A stretch of DNA of 64,000 nt from a virus. Taxonomy: Duplodnaviria; Caudoviricetes. Positions 11,726 to 22,482 of this stretch are shown one piece after another. Where the stretch lies: IMG/VR virus record IMGVR_UViG_3300037780_000034, positions 224,001 through 288,000 of that record. One strand, 5' to 3'. The translations under genes were made by a program, and so were the position numbers. Position 1 is the stretch's first letter. Every line of letters begins with the position of its first letter. A model generated the notes under the pieces. That model searched no databases, was not told the DNA's origin, and worked only from the letters and a program-made list of their open reading frames with translations.

Positions 11726-14700
11726 TTAAGTCCTTCTAAGTCGTAAATTTGATTCTGTAAAGCTATCAACTATGTCAATATAATCTATAGATATGTCTGG
11801 TATAAACAATTCATCTGTGTCGGGTGTAAGTTGAAATAAATTTCCAAATACTCCGTTTTCTTGAACTGGAACTATAACAACACTGCTTATTATTCCACTC
11901 AATCTGTTATGAATAAATGCAGACAGTTCTGTAAAATAAAATGTTTCTCCAAAGTCCCAATTATTTATATTAAAAAATTCTTGTATCGTCAAGACTATTC
12001 TACTTTTTATTTCACCATCATTAAGATCAGTTGATGGCGATTTTACTACTCTAAATCTTGCTTGATGCTCTAAATCAGCTAATTCTCCAAACAATATTTT
12101 ATATTTTCCGCTTCTGTAAATTACACTATCGCTAATACTTTTTTTACGATTAATATTTGCAAATTGTAAAGCCAGTGTATCAGATGTAGGGGGAATTGGC
12201 ATATATCTTTTATCACGATTAGATGAAAGCCAACTTCTAAATGAGCGATCATAACCAGAAGTAATAATAAAAGTATCAATAACGTTGCTTATAGATGGGT
12301 CGATTCTTTTTTCAGTATCTGCAATTCTTGTCCATTTGAATGCGATATTAGCTCTTCCAACTTTACTTGGAGTTCCAGTTTCACTATATACAAAATATTC
12401 ATTTATACCATCAGTTTTACTAACGATAGGTATCGTGTTATTTCCTATAAAATCATTTATTATTACTGGATTATCAGGATATCCATCATTGTTTACGTCA
12501 GCAAGAGTCATTATTATTTTATGATCATCTTCCTGTCCATCTGTTTCAGTATAATATCTATGTGAGTATAAATCAATTGATTTTTCAATTGGAGTAAATG
12601 TGTTTGAAAATGTATTATATGGTAATATTTTTACTCTATCTTTTTCAGATTTTTGTGTTAATCTGTTTATTTTATAATTTCCTTTTATATTATAAAATCT
12701 TACTGTTTTATCACTACCAAAAACAATTCTGTAATCACGAGTTAATACGGTCCATTTTGAACCAGAATATGCAAATCTTATTAACCAACTATTATCTAAA
12801 TTATTATTAGTTATATTGCCTGCATTGTCTAAGCTAAACTCATCTTGCATCATTGGTGTATAAGGTGCCAAATCTTCTGGTTTAATAATTTTCCAAGTTG
12901 TTTCAATATTATCATAACGCAATCCAAAATCATTTTTAAATGACAAGTTTCTTAATATTTCTGTTCTTTCAGATTCTGTAAAATTTTTAGAATATGCTGG
13001 AAATACACGATTTATTTTATATCCATCAGGAATAGTTTTAGATAATAATATAGAACCATTTCCTTTGTTTGTCAAACCAGTTGGATTTCCTGTGCTATCT
13101 TCAATCCCTAATCCATCTTCGTAAACACTTATTACTCTTGCCCATATAGGATCATTATCACCTAAAACAAATTCGATAATAGAATTTGGTCTTACCGCTC
13201 TTAAAATAGTGTTATCTGTAAATTGTCCAACACGTCTTATAACAGTTTCATCAACTTCTAAGCTGGTAATATAACCAGAACTTGTATTTGGCCCATATGT
13301 TACCTGTTGCCATTCAAAATCGTCAAATTGTGTTACTACAAGTGCATTATAATATTTGTAATAAAAATTTAACAATTCTGGGTCAGATGGTATATTTTTT
13401 AAATATAAATCAAATAATTGAGAATTACTTAAATTTAAAATTGATGGAATTGTAACTCTATTCAATATATTTTCTGTATACAAATAACCATCATCGCCAA
13501 ATATTTCAACATTTTGATATTGTGAAGTTGGATCATTAAAATCTATGAATACACTATGCCCGCTATGTGTTCTGTTTATGCTTTTTATTTTTACAACGTT
13601 TGCAGAAACAGATACAGGATAAACTGCATAATCTTCTGCTGTTATCATTCTGTCTTGAGTATTAAATATTCTACCAGCTTTTGACTTTATCGTTTCTAAT
13701 GTTTCACGAGAAGAAGCATTTGTAACTGGTTCCTGTAGTTCAAGAGTAAAAATAGCAGTATACTGATTATTGTCAGATGCAATATATGGTATTGAAAGAT
13801 TTATATTGCCAACATCATCTGGATTTAAACTGTATGATTGATTTAAGCTTAATCTATACCATACTCGTATAATACCTCTTGGAATATCAGAAAATTCGCC
13901 ATCACCGAAGTTTATAGATATTCCATCATTTTCTATTGTTTTAACAGAAAATAATTTTCTATCTTGCGGATTTGTTGTATTAAATAACTGAGAAAAACCA
14001 TTTACAGAATCTACTTTTTCCCAATTTTCAAGAACGATTCCATCTTCCGATATAGATTGAACCCATACATCAGTATCATTTATTCCAATTGTAGGAATAT
14101 CTATCTTTAAATTAGAAACTGGACTATCAATCGTATAATCTGAAAATTGTAAAGTTCCTTGCTTAAATCCAAAAAAGAAACCAGTGTTTTTACTTCCTAT
14201 TCCTTTGTTGTCAGATTTATATAATACATTAAAACCATTTAAAGAATTGGGCGATGGTTCGGTTAAAGAATTGCTATCAATTGCTGAAGATAAGTTATGT
14301 ATCTCAAAAGGCTGTTTTACTCCACTAACGGATGCTTTAAAAGAATATACAACTTTATCACTTACTACTTTGTTTAGCACATATAGATCATTATTAATAC
14401 CATCTATTGATACACGATCATAAGGATTTCCAAATCGGTTACTTGGAGATAAAACTTCATTCATAATCAACATAAAATTTTGAAATCCAGAGTCAGTTGA
14501 ATCAACAAAATCTACTTTTATATTTTTTAAAGTTTTTCCAGAAACATCATATACATTTTGATTTGTTTGTAAACTTTTTATTTTTAAAAATCCAGTTGCA
14601 GGGAAAGCTCTTGCAGGATTATAGCCAAGAAAATCCACAATCTTTAAAACACTTTCACGTCTTTCAGCAGTGCTTAAAAAGTTTTCTCTAACTGCTAAAT

Positions 14701-14938
14701 CATTACGGAATGCTAAGTTATGTCCCAAAAATGCCATTAATTCTATAAGTGAAGTAAACTCACTTGATCTTATCCAGTCATTAAAATTTTCTGGATAATT
14801 TCTTCTTATATATTCTACCATAGTAGACTTTATGGTTTCATAGTCGTATGATTTGAAATTACTTTGTCTAAATGTATCATATACTACTGTAAAATCTTCG
14901 GCAGCAAATAAATTTCTTTGTCTTGCACTTTGTGACAT
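11726..14938 (-). CDS. gp6: Baseplate wedge subunit, T4 gp6-like
   Basis: DYETIKSTMVEYIRRNYPENFNDW...SEFTSLIELMAFLG...FLSTAERRESVLKIVDFLGYNP N-terminus and the RMITAEDY motif are characteristic of gp6/baseplate-J proteins. Confidence 0.85.
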   Translation of the reverse strand: MSQSARQRNLFAAEDFTVVYDTFRQSNFKSYDYETIKSTMVEYIRRNYPENFNDWIRSSEFTSLIELMAFLGHNLAFRNDLAVRENFLSTAERRESVLKIVDFLGYNPARAFPATGFLKIKSLQTNQNVYDVSGKTLKNIKVDFVDSTDSGFQNFMLIMNEVLSPSNRFGNPYDRVSIDGINNDLYVLNKVVSDKVVYSFKASVSGVKQPFEIHNLSSAIDSNSLTEPSPNSLNGFNVLYKSDNKGIGSKNTGFFFGFKQGTLQFSDYTIDSPVSNLKIDIPTIGINDTDVWVQSISEDGIVLENWEKVDSVNGFSQLFNTTNPQDRKLFSVKTIENDGISINFGDGEFSDIPRGIIRVWYRLSLNQSYSLNPDDVGNINLSIPYIASDNNQYTAIFTLELQEPVTNASSRETLETIKSKAGRIFNTQDRMITAEDYAVYPVSVSANVVKIKSINRTHSGHSVFIDFNDPTSQYQNVEIFGDDGYLYTENILNRVTIPSILNLSNSQLFDLYLKNIPSDPELLNFYYKYYNALVVTQFDDFEWQQVTYGPNTSSGYITSLEVDETVIRRVGQFTDNTILRAVRPNSIIEFVLGDNDPIWARVISVYEDGLGIEDSTGNPTGLTNKGNGSILLSKTIPDGYKINRVFPAYSKNFTESERTEILRNLSFKNDFGLRYDNIETTWKIIKPEDLAPYTPMMQDEFSLDNAGNITNNNLDNSWLIRFAYSGSKWTVLTRDYRIVFGSDKTVRFYNIKGNYKINRLTQKSEKDRVKILPYNTFSNTFTPIEKSIDLYSHRYYTETDGQEDDHKIIMTLADVNNDGYPDNPVIINDFIGNNTIPIVSKTDGINEYFVYSETGTPSKVGRANIAFKWTRIADTEKRIDPSISNVIDTFIITSGYDRSFRSWLSSNRDKRYMPIPPTSDTLALQFANINRKKSISDSVIYRSGKYKILFGELADLEHQARFRVVKSPSTDLNDGEIKSRIVLTIQEFFNINNWDFGETFYFTELSAFIHNRLSGIISSVVIVPVQENGVFGNLFQLTPDTDELFIPDISIDYIDIVDSFTESNLRLRRT

Positions 14939-14944
14939 ATTATG

Positions 14945-15310
14945 TTAACTCTCTTCTGCTGTATAATTCAAGTATAAAGTTTCAACTTGTGTTGTTGGCA
15001 CATATCTTATTTCTACTATACAAGCCACACTATTTTGACCTATCTCTGTTTTTAAATTTATAAATTCCCATCTTGGATCAGAATTAATTATATTTCTAAC
15101 ATCTTGTTCTATTTCAAAAACAGATATTTCGTCTAACTGTTCAAATACCATAAGAGGTATTATGCTCCCAAAATCAGGTTCACCCAATCGTTCGCCACGT
15201 CTGGTGTAAAAATGATTGTATAAATCTCTGATAGCTAAATTAACATCTGTTAACGTAACACTACCAAACTCAATATCAACTGTAGAATAACCAATAAATT
15301 TATATGCCAT
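14945..15310 (-). CDS. gp25: Baseplate wedge subunit, gp25-like
   Basis: TRRGERLGEPDFGSII...DVRNIINSDPRW is the gp25/GPW family motif. It is adjacent to gp6. Confidence 0.85.
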   Translation of the reverse strand: MAYKFIGYSTVDIEFGSVTLTDVNLAIRDLYNHFYTRRGERLGEPDFGSIIPLMVFEQLDEISVFEIEQDVRNIINSDPRWEFINLKTEIGQNSVACIVEIRYVPTTQVETLYLNYTAEES

Positions 15311-15315
15311 AATGT

Positions 15316-15323
15316 TATTTATT
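15316..15323 (-). promoter_or_regulatory. T4-type late promoter TATAAATA
   Basis: Exact motif on the minus strand in the intergenic gap just upstream of gp25. Confidence 0.5.
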
Positions 15324-15347
15324 ATATTATAAACTGCATAGTTTTAT

Positions 15348-16076
15348 TTAAGTGGAAATATTTTTTTTTATTTGCATTTTTCTAAGCATAGGTGTATTAG
15401 GAAGATAACCACCATTTGTTTGACGATAATACGCAAACTCTGCTTGTTTTTTTGCAAATGGATCAGTTATTTGGTTTGCAATATATTGAGTTCTGGTAAA
15501 TTGTATACCTTCAAGTCTAAGCCATCTTCTATTTTTTGATATATTATAATCTCCGAGCATTAATACTCTTGCTTCAATCAACCTTTGCGGTCTATCAATT
15601 GAACCATCTGAAATCATATTTGCAACGGCTTCCCAATTTCCTAATTTAATTGCACCTAAAATATCATAAGTTCCAGTGACAGTATTGGAATCTACTGTTT
15701 TCCATTTTCCAGTAGTAAAATAAAGTGAAATTAACGCATCAAATTGTGATTGTGTCATAAAATTTATAGGCAATTGTCTTACAAAGTTTTTTTCAACTTT
15801 TTTAAATTCTCTTATCCATTCACTATATGCTTCATCTTCTGTCATACCATACGGCAAATCTGGATTTCCAAATCCATACCCAATTTTAAAAGAATTATTA
15901 TCTTCTGCACTATATCTATACATACGATATCTATAGTTTGCCAATATTATTTCTATCATTTCGTCACTGGTTTGCAATGCTCTAATACTAACATCCATAG
16001 TAGCACGAAATTCATCTACTATTTCAAATGTTTCCCATTGTGTTCTTGCTGATATAGGTGCATTTTTGTTTATCAT
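15348..16076 (-). CDS. GH24 (phage lysozyme)-fold protein, possibly catalytically altered
   Basis: IGYG, MTEDEA, TQSQFDALISL and R-x-x-E-A motifs of GH24 lysozymes. The usual EG...T catalytic segment is not obvious. Confidence 0.6.
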   Translation of the reverse strand: MINKNAPISARTQWETFEIVDEFRATMDVSIRALQTSDEMIEIILANYRYRMYRYSAEDNNSFKIGYGFGNPDLPYGMTEDEAYSEWIREFKKVEKNFVRQLPINFMTQSQFDALISLYFTTGKWKTVDSNTVTGTYDILGAIKLGNWEAVANMISDGSIDRPQRLIEARVLMLGDYNISKNRRWLRLEGIQFTRTQYIANQITDPFAKKQAEFAYYRQTNGGYLPNTPMLRKMQIKKNIST

Positions 16077-16092
16077 TTAAATTCCTTTTTGA

Positions 16093-18399
16093 TTACTCTA
16101 ATTTAGATAATCCAGATGACAAAAATCCTATTCCAGAATTTATATTATTAATTCCACTTGACCTATAATTTGGATCATTTATTCTCCATCTGATATAATT
16201 TTCACCTAATATATCTCTTGCGTCATCCAACCCTATATCTGGATTACTTAAAAATTGGTTTTTTGTTCTATTATACGAGTTATTAGTATTAATTTCTAAT
16301 TTAGTAAATTCTGCCTGTGCTACAAGAGTATCGTATCCGGGTATCACATTTCCTTTTGAATCAATTCTTCCCTTAGATTGTAAATAATTCAGCAAATTCG
16401 TTCTTCTATCTTTTTGCCAACTAATTATACCAGCATTTGTGCTATTGTTATAAGGATCGCTGTGTGTGCCATACATAAATTGTTCACGAAATCCATTTTC
16501 CCTGTATACTTCACCTGTGAATGCAATAGCCTGATTATGACTATATCCTGCTTCTCTGAATGCTCTATATACTTCTATTGCTTTTTGTTCATTTTGATTT
16601 AATTTTGCTCTTTCTTCTGGTGTCAACGAAGAGCCAGCAGGAGGTTCTGTAATATTAGAACTTTTCGAATCTTCGGCAGGAATGTCAGGATTATAGCCAA
16701 GTTCTTCTGCTCTATCTTTTATTATTTGAGGCAAACAATCATAGCTTAATGTTCCATCATTACATCTACCCCATATTCTGTCTCTACCAAGATCAAAATG
16801 CATTTTGTTTGCTAACGGGGCGTCAGGTCTAGCATCGCTGTAAATTCCAATTCCACCAATTCCATTACTTCTTGCTAAATCAATAAGCTGAAATATTTGT
16901 GTTTTTGTCATATTAGGAATACCGGAAGCGTGAACTATGTCTACTGCTTCACCTTTCATATGCATAGAATTATCTGCTTCACTTGTGCCACCAGAACGGG
17001 AAGGTTCAATATATCCTTTTGTTATTCTAAATGGTTTTCCATATTCTCTTGCAATAGCTTCAACTGATGAAAATAAATCCGGATTAATGCGTCTATCTAC
17101 GTTGTCATCCCAAAAAACTAAATCAGAAGCATCTTCTGCAATAGGTTGATATTGATTGCCCGCTCTTTGTGGATTTACACCTGCACCGGGTGCAGTAGAA
17201 TATTCGTTTGGATTTCCAGAACTATCGGCATCTGGACTATAATCTAAATGACCTCTCCAAGGTTCAGGTTCAGGAACACGCCCAGATATACTTTGGGTAA
17301 CACCCTTGTTTCCTAACTGATTAGCAATAGAAGGAGTTTTTGCACGATCTGCGGTAGGACCATTCAAATGAATTTGTGCGCGTGATGAAAGAAGTATATT
17401 GCCACCTGTGTTTACTTGTAGTTGTCCACCTTGAGCAGTTAAATTAAAATCTAACAAAGAATTCATATCTATACTGCCTTCAGCAGATTGAATTTTTATT
17501 CCTCCACCTCCCAAAGACTTCATATTTATTGCTTCATCTGCTTGAACTGAAAAATTGTTGGCAGTATGAAAATTAAATCCACCAACCGCATTAACACTAA
17601 ACGTTCCTTGACAATATAAATCAACATCCCCATTATTGTTCATTTCTAACCAACTTGTTCCAGAACGATTGTTTATGTAAATAGTTCCAGTTCTATCATC
17701 CATAACAATTTGAGAACCTTGAGAAGTTACTATTCTTATACCAGAACCAGTATTGTCTTCTGGATCACCGGGCGACAATGATATTGCATTGCCCGTTCTA
17801 TCGGTCATACCCATATTATTAGGATTTGGTCTTTGTGGACCTCTTATAGTATCGTCTTTTAAAAAATCTTGTGCAGTTCCGGGTGTTATTGGTCTACTTT
17901 GTCTTGTTCCATCTTCCTGTGGTTCAAATGCTGCACCAACTCCTTCTTGAGTTTGTCCTGCTGGTTTTCCTGTATTGGCAGAATCTTGCCTTATTAAGTC
18001 TGGCAAAACTCCCATAATAATTCCACTTTTATAATCACCAGTATAAGCTACTATAACTGTATTGCCTACATCTGGGGGTGGGCCTAATACGCCATATGAT
18101 GTGCTAGTAGGACCACCTTGCGCAGTTACGCCACCAAATGGTGTTACTCTTTGACACCATAAACTGCCAAGATCACTTTGTTCACTTTCAGTTTCACCAG
18201 ATGGATTATCCGGAACTATAGCAGGAAAAAGTTTATATACAAGAACTTTTATTCTTCCGTATCCATCTGGGTCTTCATTACTTGTTACTTCACCTAAATA
18301 TATTCCAGCAGGAATAGTTACACCACGATTTATCAAATTTTGATTATACTGTGGTCTTACTTTTTTCTGAAATCTACTAACTGACATATTAGCTGGCAT
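16093..18399 (-). CDS. gp5: Baseplate central spike (gp5-like) with peptidase M15 and phage-tail-lysozyme domains
   Basis: N-terminal OB-fold (GEVTSNEDPDGYGRIKV...PPDVGNTVIVAY) and beta-helix segment. Then an M15-like SMHMKGEAVDI...GIGIY...HFD motif and a C-terminal GYSHNQAIAFTGEVYRENG...GIISWQKDR lysozyme-like domain. Confidence 0.75.
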   Translation of the reverse strand: MPANMSVSRFQKKVRPQYNQNLINRGVTIPAGIYLGEVTSNEDPDGYGRIKVLVYKLFPAIVPDNPSGETESEQSDLGSLWCQRVTPFGGVTAQGGPTSTSYGVLGPPPDVGNTVIVAYTGDYKSGIIMGVLPDLIRQDSANTGKPAGQTQEGVGAAFEPQEDGTRQSRPITPGTAQDFLKDDTIRGPQRPNPNNMGMTDRTGNAISLSPGDPEDNTGSGIRIVTSQGSQIVMDDRTGTIYINNRSGTSWLEMNNNGDVDLYCQGTFSVNAVGGFNFHTANNFSVQADEAINMKSLGGGGIKIQSAEGSIDMNSLLDFNLTAQGGQLQVNTGGNILLSSRAQIHLNGPTADRAKTPSIANQLGNKGVTQSISGRVPEPEPWRGHLDYSPDADSSGNPNEYSTAPGAGVNPQRAGNQYQPIAEDASDLVFWDDNVDRRINPDLFSSVEAIAREYGKPFRITKGYIEPSRSGGTSEADNSMHMKGEAVDIVHASGIPNMTKTQIFQLIDLARSNGIGGIGIYSDARPDAPLANKMHFDLGRDRIWGRCNDGTLSYDCLPQIIKDRAEELGYNPDIPAEDSKSSNITEPPAGSSLTPEERAKLNQNEQKAIEVYRAFREAGYSHNQAIAFTGEVYRENGFREQFMYGTHSDPYNNSTNAGIISWQKDRRTNLLNYLQSKGRIDSKGNVIPGYDTLVAQAEFTKLEINTNNSYNRTKNQFLSNPDIGLDDARDILGENYIRWRINDPNYRSSGINNINSGIGFLSSGLSKLE

Positions 18400-18431
18400 T
18401 TATATTTCCTTACTTTGTATATTATTTAATA

Positions 18432-20684
18432 TTAAAAATTATCACCAACACTTGCACTATTTCCATTATCAAATGTTATTGAACCTATTCCAGTTGATGG
18501 ATCAGTGGTAATTCCAGTTATTGTTCTATTTCCTATGGTTGATCCTGGTGTAACTGTTATAATACTTCCATCACTTTCACGAACTAATGCTCGTGAATTA
18601 TTTGTTGTTCCACTTGTGCCAATAACTAATCTTTTTCCAGTATCGGGGTCAACCGCGCCGGGTTCAGTAGCAGTTTCTGCAACCTCTGCATTAGTTGGTA
18701 TATTTGGTCCATCATCTTCATTAGTAACTCTATCCCCAGACCTATTGTCAGGTCTATTATCACGACTGGAAGATATATTACTATTTCCAGAAGTAGGACT
18801 TCTGGTAGATGACCCATCTAAAGGTGCATTAGGCGAAAGATTTGGTGCAACTCCTTCACCAGATTCCACAACAGATAAAACATCAGGTATATTAACAAGA
18901 TTGTCACGATATGCTTTCAAAAATTGAACAAACTTTCCGTTACGAAATTCACTAATTACAGAAACAACTTTATAAACTCCAGTTATCATATAATCACTAC
19001 TGGGACCAGTTTCAGAAGGTAGATTTATCTTTAGATAAAAATAATGTGAACCTAATTCATAATCTGCGCTGGCAATTTCTGAATTTAATTTATACAAGCT
19101 ATTTGGATTTCCAAGCCAATAAGGGTCTCCACGTATTGTCATTTCTATTTCCAACATATCACCACTATTGTATAAATTTTGAAGAGATGCTCCAAATCTC
19201 ATTACAGATGGAGTAGTAGTATCATTTTTTGGTGTGTTAATATCTGTTTGCTCACTACCATCATTTACATAAGTTAATGACATTCCTGAATTATTAGTAT
19301 ATGCCTGAGATAATTGATTAATGTAAGTTCTATCAAGTTGCCTTATAGTTCCTAATATAAACGGATTAGTTTCTTCTCCACTTAAAATTCTATTTTGAGT
19401 TTCTGCTGCGGCTCTTCTTACCTCTTGTATGTTAATATTAGGCTTATTTTCAGCATTAACAATATTTGCAATAGGTTGTAAATTGTTTGATGAACGTGCC
19501 GTAGAAACTTGTCCACCCATCGTAGGCGATACCATATAAAATGTATGTTCTAACTTTATGTCTAAATTTATTATTTCAGTATTTTGACCAGTATAAAGAT
19601 AATCATATCGCTTCTTCATAAGCCCTAATCCAAGTAAATTACTTACTCTTTTATTTTGTATGCTTGTATCATTTTTGTATTCTAATACTTCTTCTGCGTT
19701 AACTATTAATTCTGGGGTAATATATTTTTTTATACGATATGTTATATCTTTAGCATATCTTCCAGAAACAGGATCAAATTCTCTGTCAACTTCTGTTGCA
19801 ATAACTTTAAATAAAACTTTTAAATCAAGGTTACTGGGTGGACTTTCTGAATCGTTAGTGCTGTAACCTCCTGTTACAACTGGATAATTTTTATATTCTT
19901 TTGTGTTTGTAAGAATAGATGTAAATAATTCTTGTATGTTTGATCCGGCATAAAAAGGAAATTGTCTTTGATCAATCACATCATCTGGTCCTGGTTTTTC
20001 TTCATCAAATTCTATAGTCCAATTTCTCCACTCAGAAATATTTTCATCAAATTCTATTTTATATCTATTTCGTCTTGATGCATTTCTATTTGTTAACAAA
20101 CTTGCTTCTTCTGATTCATTCAAAAGTCTTTCAAAATCAGATACAACTTCTCCAATTGTTTTTCCGTTAGATACAACAGTAGATTTTAAGACACCCAATT
20201 CAGACGAATGTGCATTTGTTGAAATTTCTACTGCACCTATATTATATAGTGAACCAGTTGAATTAATATTACTAGTAACTGTTATGAACCTAACAGGTAT
20301 TACAAATAATCCTCCACTGGAAATACTATTATCTTCTTTTCTTCCAGGAAATGAAATTTCTATTACATATTTTGCATTTGATGCCCAATTTTTAACTCCC
20401 ATTTCATATGAAGAATTAGCTAAAAATTGAAAAAATGAAGCACCGTTGGGTTCTGATATTACCATATTGAATCTGTTTGCAAATGCATTTCTGGCAAGCG
20501 AATGACTTAAATAGTGAACTTGTTCAATTGATTGAATATTATATTGCGCTATTGAAGCAGTATCTGCTATTAGTATTCCGGATTTGTAATTTGAATAATC
20601 TGCTTCAATTTCACGAAGCATATAAATTCTAATTCTATATGAATATGTTGCAAATTGATTCAAAACATTTGGAGTATATCCCAT
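18432..20684 (-). CDS. Baseplate hub protein (gp27-like) with low-complexity C-terminal extension
   Basis: 750 aa with IEMTIRGDPYWLG and YMITGVYKVVSVISEFRNGKFVQFL hub-type motifs. It sits between the gp53/LysM-like gene and gp5. Confidence 0.55.
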   Translation of the reverse strand: MGYTPNVLNQFATYSYRIRIYMLREIEADYSNYKSGILIADTASIAQYNIQSIEQVHYLSHSLARNAFANRFNMVISEPNGASFFQFLANSSYEMGVKNWASNAKYVIEISFPGRKEDNSISSGGLFVIPVRFITVTSNINSTGSLYNIGAVEISTNAHSSELGVLKSTVVSNGKTIGEVVSDFERLLNESEEASLLTNRNASRRNRYKIEFDENISEWRNWTIEFDEEKPGPDDVIDQRQFPFYAGSNIQELFTSILTNTKEYKNYPVVTGGYSTNDSESPPSNLDLKVLFKVIATEVDREFDPVSGRYAKDITYRIKKYITPELIVNAEEVLEYKNDTSIQNKRVSNLLGLGLMKKRYDYLYTGQNTEIINLDIKLEHTFYMVSPTMGGQVSTARSSNNLQPIANIVNAENKPNINIQEVRRAAAETQNRILSGEETNPFILGTIRQLDRTYINQLSQAYTNNSGMSLTYVNDGSEQTDINTPKNDTTTPSVMRFGASLQNLYNSGDMLEIEMTIRGDPYWLGNPNSLYKLNSEIASADYELGSHYFYLKINLPSETGPSSDYMITGVYKVVSVISEFRNGKFVQFLKAYRDNLVNIPDVLSVVESGEGVAPNLSPNAPLDGSSTRSPTSGNSNISSSRDNRPDNRSGDRVTNEDDGPNIPTNAEVAETATEPGAVDPDTGKRLVIGTSGTTNNSRALVRESDGSIITVTPGSTIGNRTITGITTDPSTGIGSITFDNGNSASVGDNF

Positions 20685-20685
20685 A

Positions 20686-20976
20686 TTATAATCCTATTAT
20701 TTGTAAGTTATCTGGAACAAATATTTCCAAACCTTCCACAAAATCAAAAAGTGGGTCTTTGATAACATTTCTATTTAGTATTACAAAAATCCACCAATAT
20801 TCAGAATTACCATACAAGTCATATGCCATCAAATCTGGACGACGATGATATTTTTGAGATATTTTTTGTTTTTTCATTCCATCCGTATTGTTGTCAATTG
20901 GAGGAACATATAAATCAAGATATTTTTTATTCAATAGCGTATTTCTATATACGCTGGTATTTTTGTATAATGCCAT
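20686..20976 (-). CDS. Baseplate wedge protein gp53/LysM-like
   Basis: RPDLMAYDLYGNSEYWWIFVILNR...GLEIFVP motif typical of gp53/tail-X LysM-like proteins. Confidence 0.75.
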   Translation of the reverse strand: MALYKNTSVYRNTLLNKKYLDLYVPPIDNNTDGMKKQKISQKYHRRPDLMAYDLYGNSEYWWIFVILNRNVIKDPLFDFVEGLEIFVPDNLQIIGL

Positions 20977-21506
20977 TAAATATAACCTTCTCTGTATCCA
21001 ATCCCATTTGAAAAAGCATCTAAGCTGAATGCTCTTTGTTTTTCTGCAGAATATTGAGGCAATAATGTTATATTAACCGTCATATCAGTTGGAATATAAT
21101 TTCCTCTACCATCATTAACATAATCTATTTCATTGGCGTAACTTGTGTCAAAATTCAATAACAATACAGGAACATTATTAAAGTTGAATTCTCCATATGC
21201 ACTAAATGTCAATATGGGCGGCGGTGCGCCTGTTGCATTATTTCCAAAATCCATTTTTAAATTTGATCTTAAAAACAACAATGTATCAACTGTATTAATT
21301 GCCTCTTCACGTGTTTGATTATAAAAAGGTGCATTGATAATAATATTGTTTGGTCTACTATTCGTAAATGCATTAATTGCATAGTTTGTATGAACTAGTT
21401 CATACTCAGAATAGTTTGCAGTTGAACCAAATGAAATAGTAGGAGTATATGGAAAAACAATTTGTCCACCACCGGGTTTTATTAATCTTGGTCTGAAATC
21501 TGCCAT
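20976..21506 (-). CDS. Tail tube initiator / baseplate-tube junction protein (gp48/gp54-like)
   Basis: IVFPYTPTI...GAPPPILTFSAYGEFNFNNVPVLL...YIPTDMTVNITL is the pattern of tube-fold baseplate proteins. It is the first gene of the minus-strand operon. Confidence 0.55.
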   Translation of the reverse strand: MADFRPRLIKPGGGQIVFPYTPTISFGSTANYSEYELVHTNYAINAFTNSRPNNIIINAPFYNQTREEAINTVDTLLFLRSNLKMDFGNNATGAPPPILTFSAYGEFNFNNVPVLLLNFDTSYANEIDYVNDGRGNYIPTDMTVNITLLPQYSAEKQRAFSLDAFSNGIGYREGYI

Positions 21507-21531
21507 AAAATATTCCTTTAATTATACTATA

Positions 21532-21539
21532 TATTTATA
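21532..21539 (-). promoter_or_regulatory. T4-type late promoter for the baseplate operon
   Basis: Exact TATAAATA on the minus strand, 26 bp upstream of ATG 21506. Confidence 0.6.
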
Positions 21540-21549
21540 CATAATTATA

Positions 21550-21578
21550 TTGACATTTTTCCATTAATGATATATAAT
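21550..21578 (+). promoter_or_regulatory. Host sigma70-type promoter
   Basis: Perfect TTGACA-N17-TATAAT, 19 bp upstream of the gp55-like gene. Confidence 0.85.
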
Positions 21579-21597
21579 AAGAAGAAAAGGATTAATT

Positions 21598-22482
21598 ATG
21601 ACCAAAAGAGTAAACTATTTAAACAACAGAGAAATATTAAAGCAATTACATAACAGTAAAATGAGTTTTTGTTATATAGAAGATAAAAAATATTTTTATT
21701 ATGATAATATTGTAGACGATCTTTCAGAAATGACACAAGATAAAATAAAAGAAACATTAGAAAATAAAGAAAAAAGACTGATATATGCAAAATATGAAGA
21801 TGCTGTTAAATTATGGGAAAAAGAAAATAACAGATCAAAATTAAAACCAAAACTATCACAATTTTCAGTAACACAAGAAGAAATTGATAGCACTCCACTT
21901 GTAATTCGTGTAATGTGTTTGGATCATATACCGATAAGTCCGCGAAAGAAAAATCCAAAAAATGAAATAGACAAACACATAAGATGTAATTTTCCTCCAT
22001 TTAAACATTATGCTTTGGAAAATTCCGTATGGAGAGAAGTAGTGCGTTCACATTGGGATGGAGATTTAGAAACTGGAACTTTTTCTCTTATAAAAGGAAA
22101 AGTAAACGACAGACTCGGCAAAATGATGATGATGCTGGTAGATAGATATGCAATGAGAGCAAATTTTAGAGGATACACATATCTTGAAGAAATGAAAGGA
22201 AATGCATTATTACAATTATCAAAGTTTGGATTGTATTTTGATGAAAGTAAAAGTTCAAATCCTTTCTCGTATTTTACTACCACTATTAACAATGCATTCT
22301 TAGGTGTATTAAACAATGAGAAAAAAGTTCAAAATATTCGTGATGATTTACTTCAAGACAACGGATATATGCCAAGTTATACTCGTCAATTCAGTGATGA
22401 AAAAAATCAGCAAGATGCTCGAAAATTAGATTATGAAGCACGTATAATGGAAGAACAAAAAAATTTAGGAATTAATGGATAA
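21598..22482 (+). CDS. gp55: Late-transcription sigma factor, T4 gp55-like
   Basis: RYAMRANFRGYTYLEEMKGNALLQL...FDESKSSNPFSYFTTTINNAFLGVLNNEKK matches the gp55 core. TATAAATA motifs precede the structural genes. Confidence 0.85.
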   Translation: MTKRVNYLNNREILKQLHNSKMSFCYIEDKKYFYYDNIVDDLSEMTQDKIKETLENKEKRLIYAKYEDAVKLWEKENNRSKLKPKLSQFSVTQEEIDSTPLVIRVMCLDHIPISPRKKNPKNEIDKHIRCNFPPFKHYALENSVWREVVRSHWDGDLETGTFSLIKGKVNDRLGKMMMMLVDRYAMRANFRGYTYLEEMKGNALLQLSKFGLYFDESKSSNPFSYFTTTINNAFLGVLNNEKKVQNIRDDLLQDNGYMPSYTRQFSDEKNQQDARKLDYEARIMEEQKNLGING

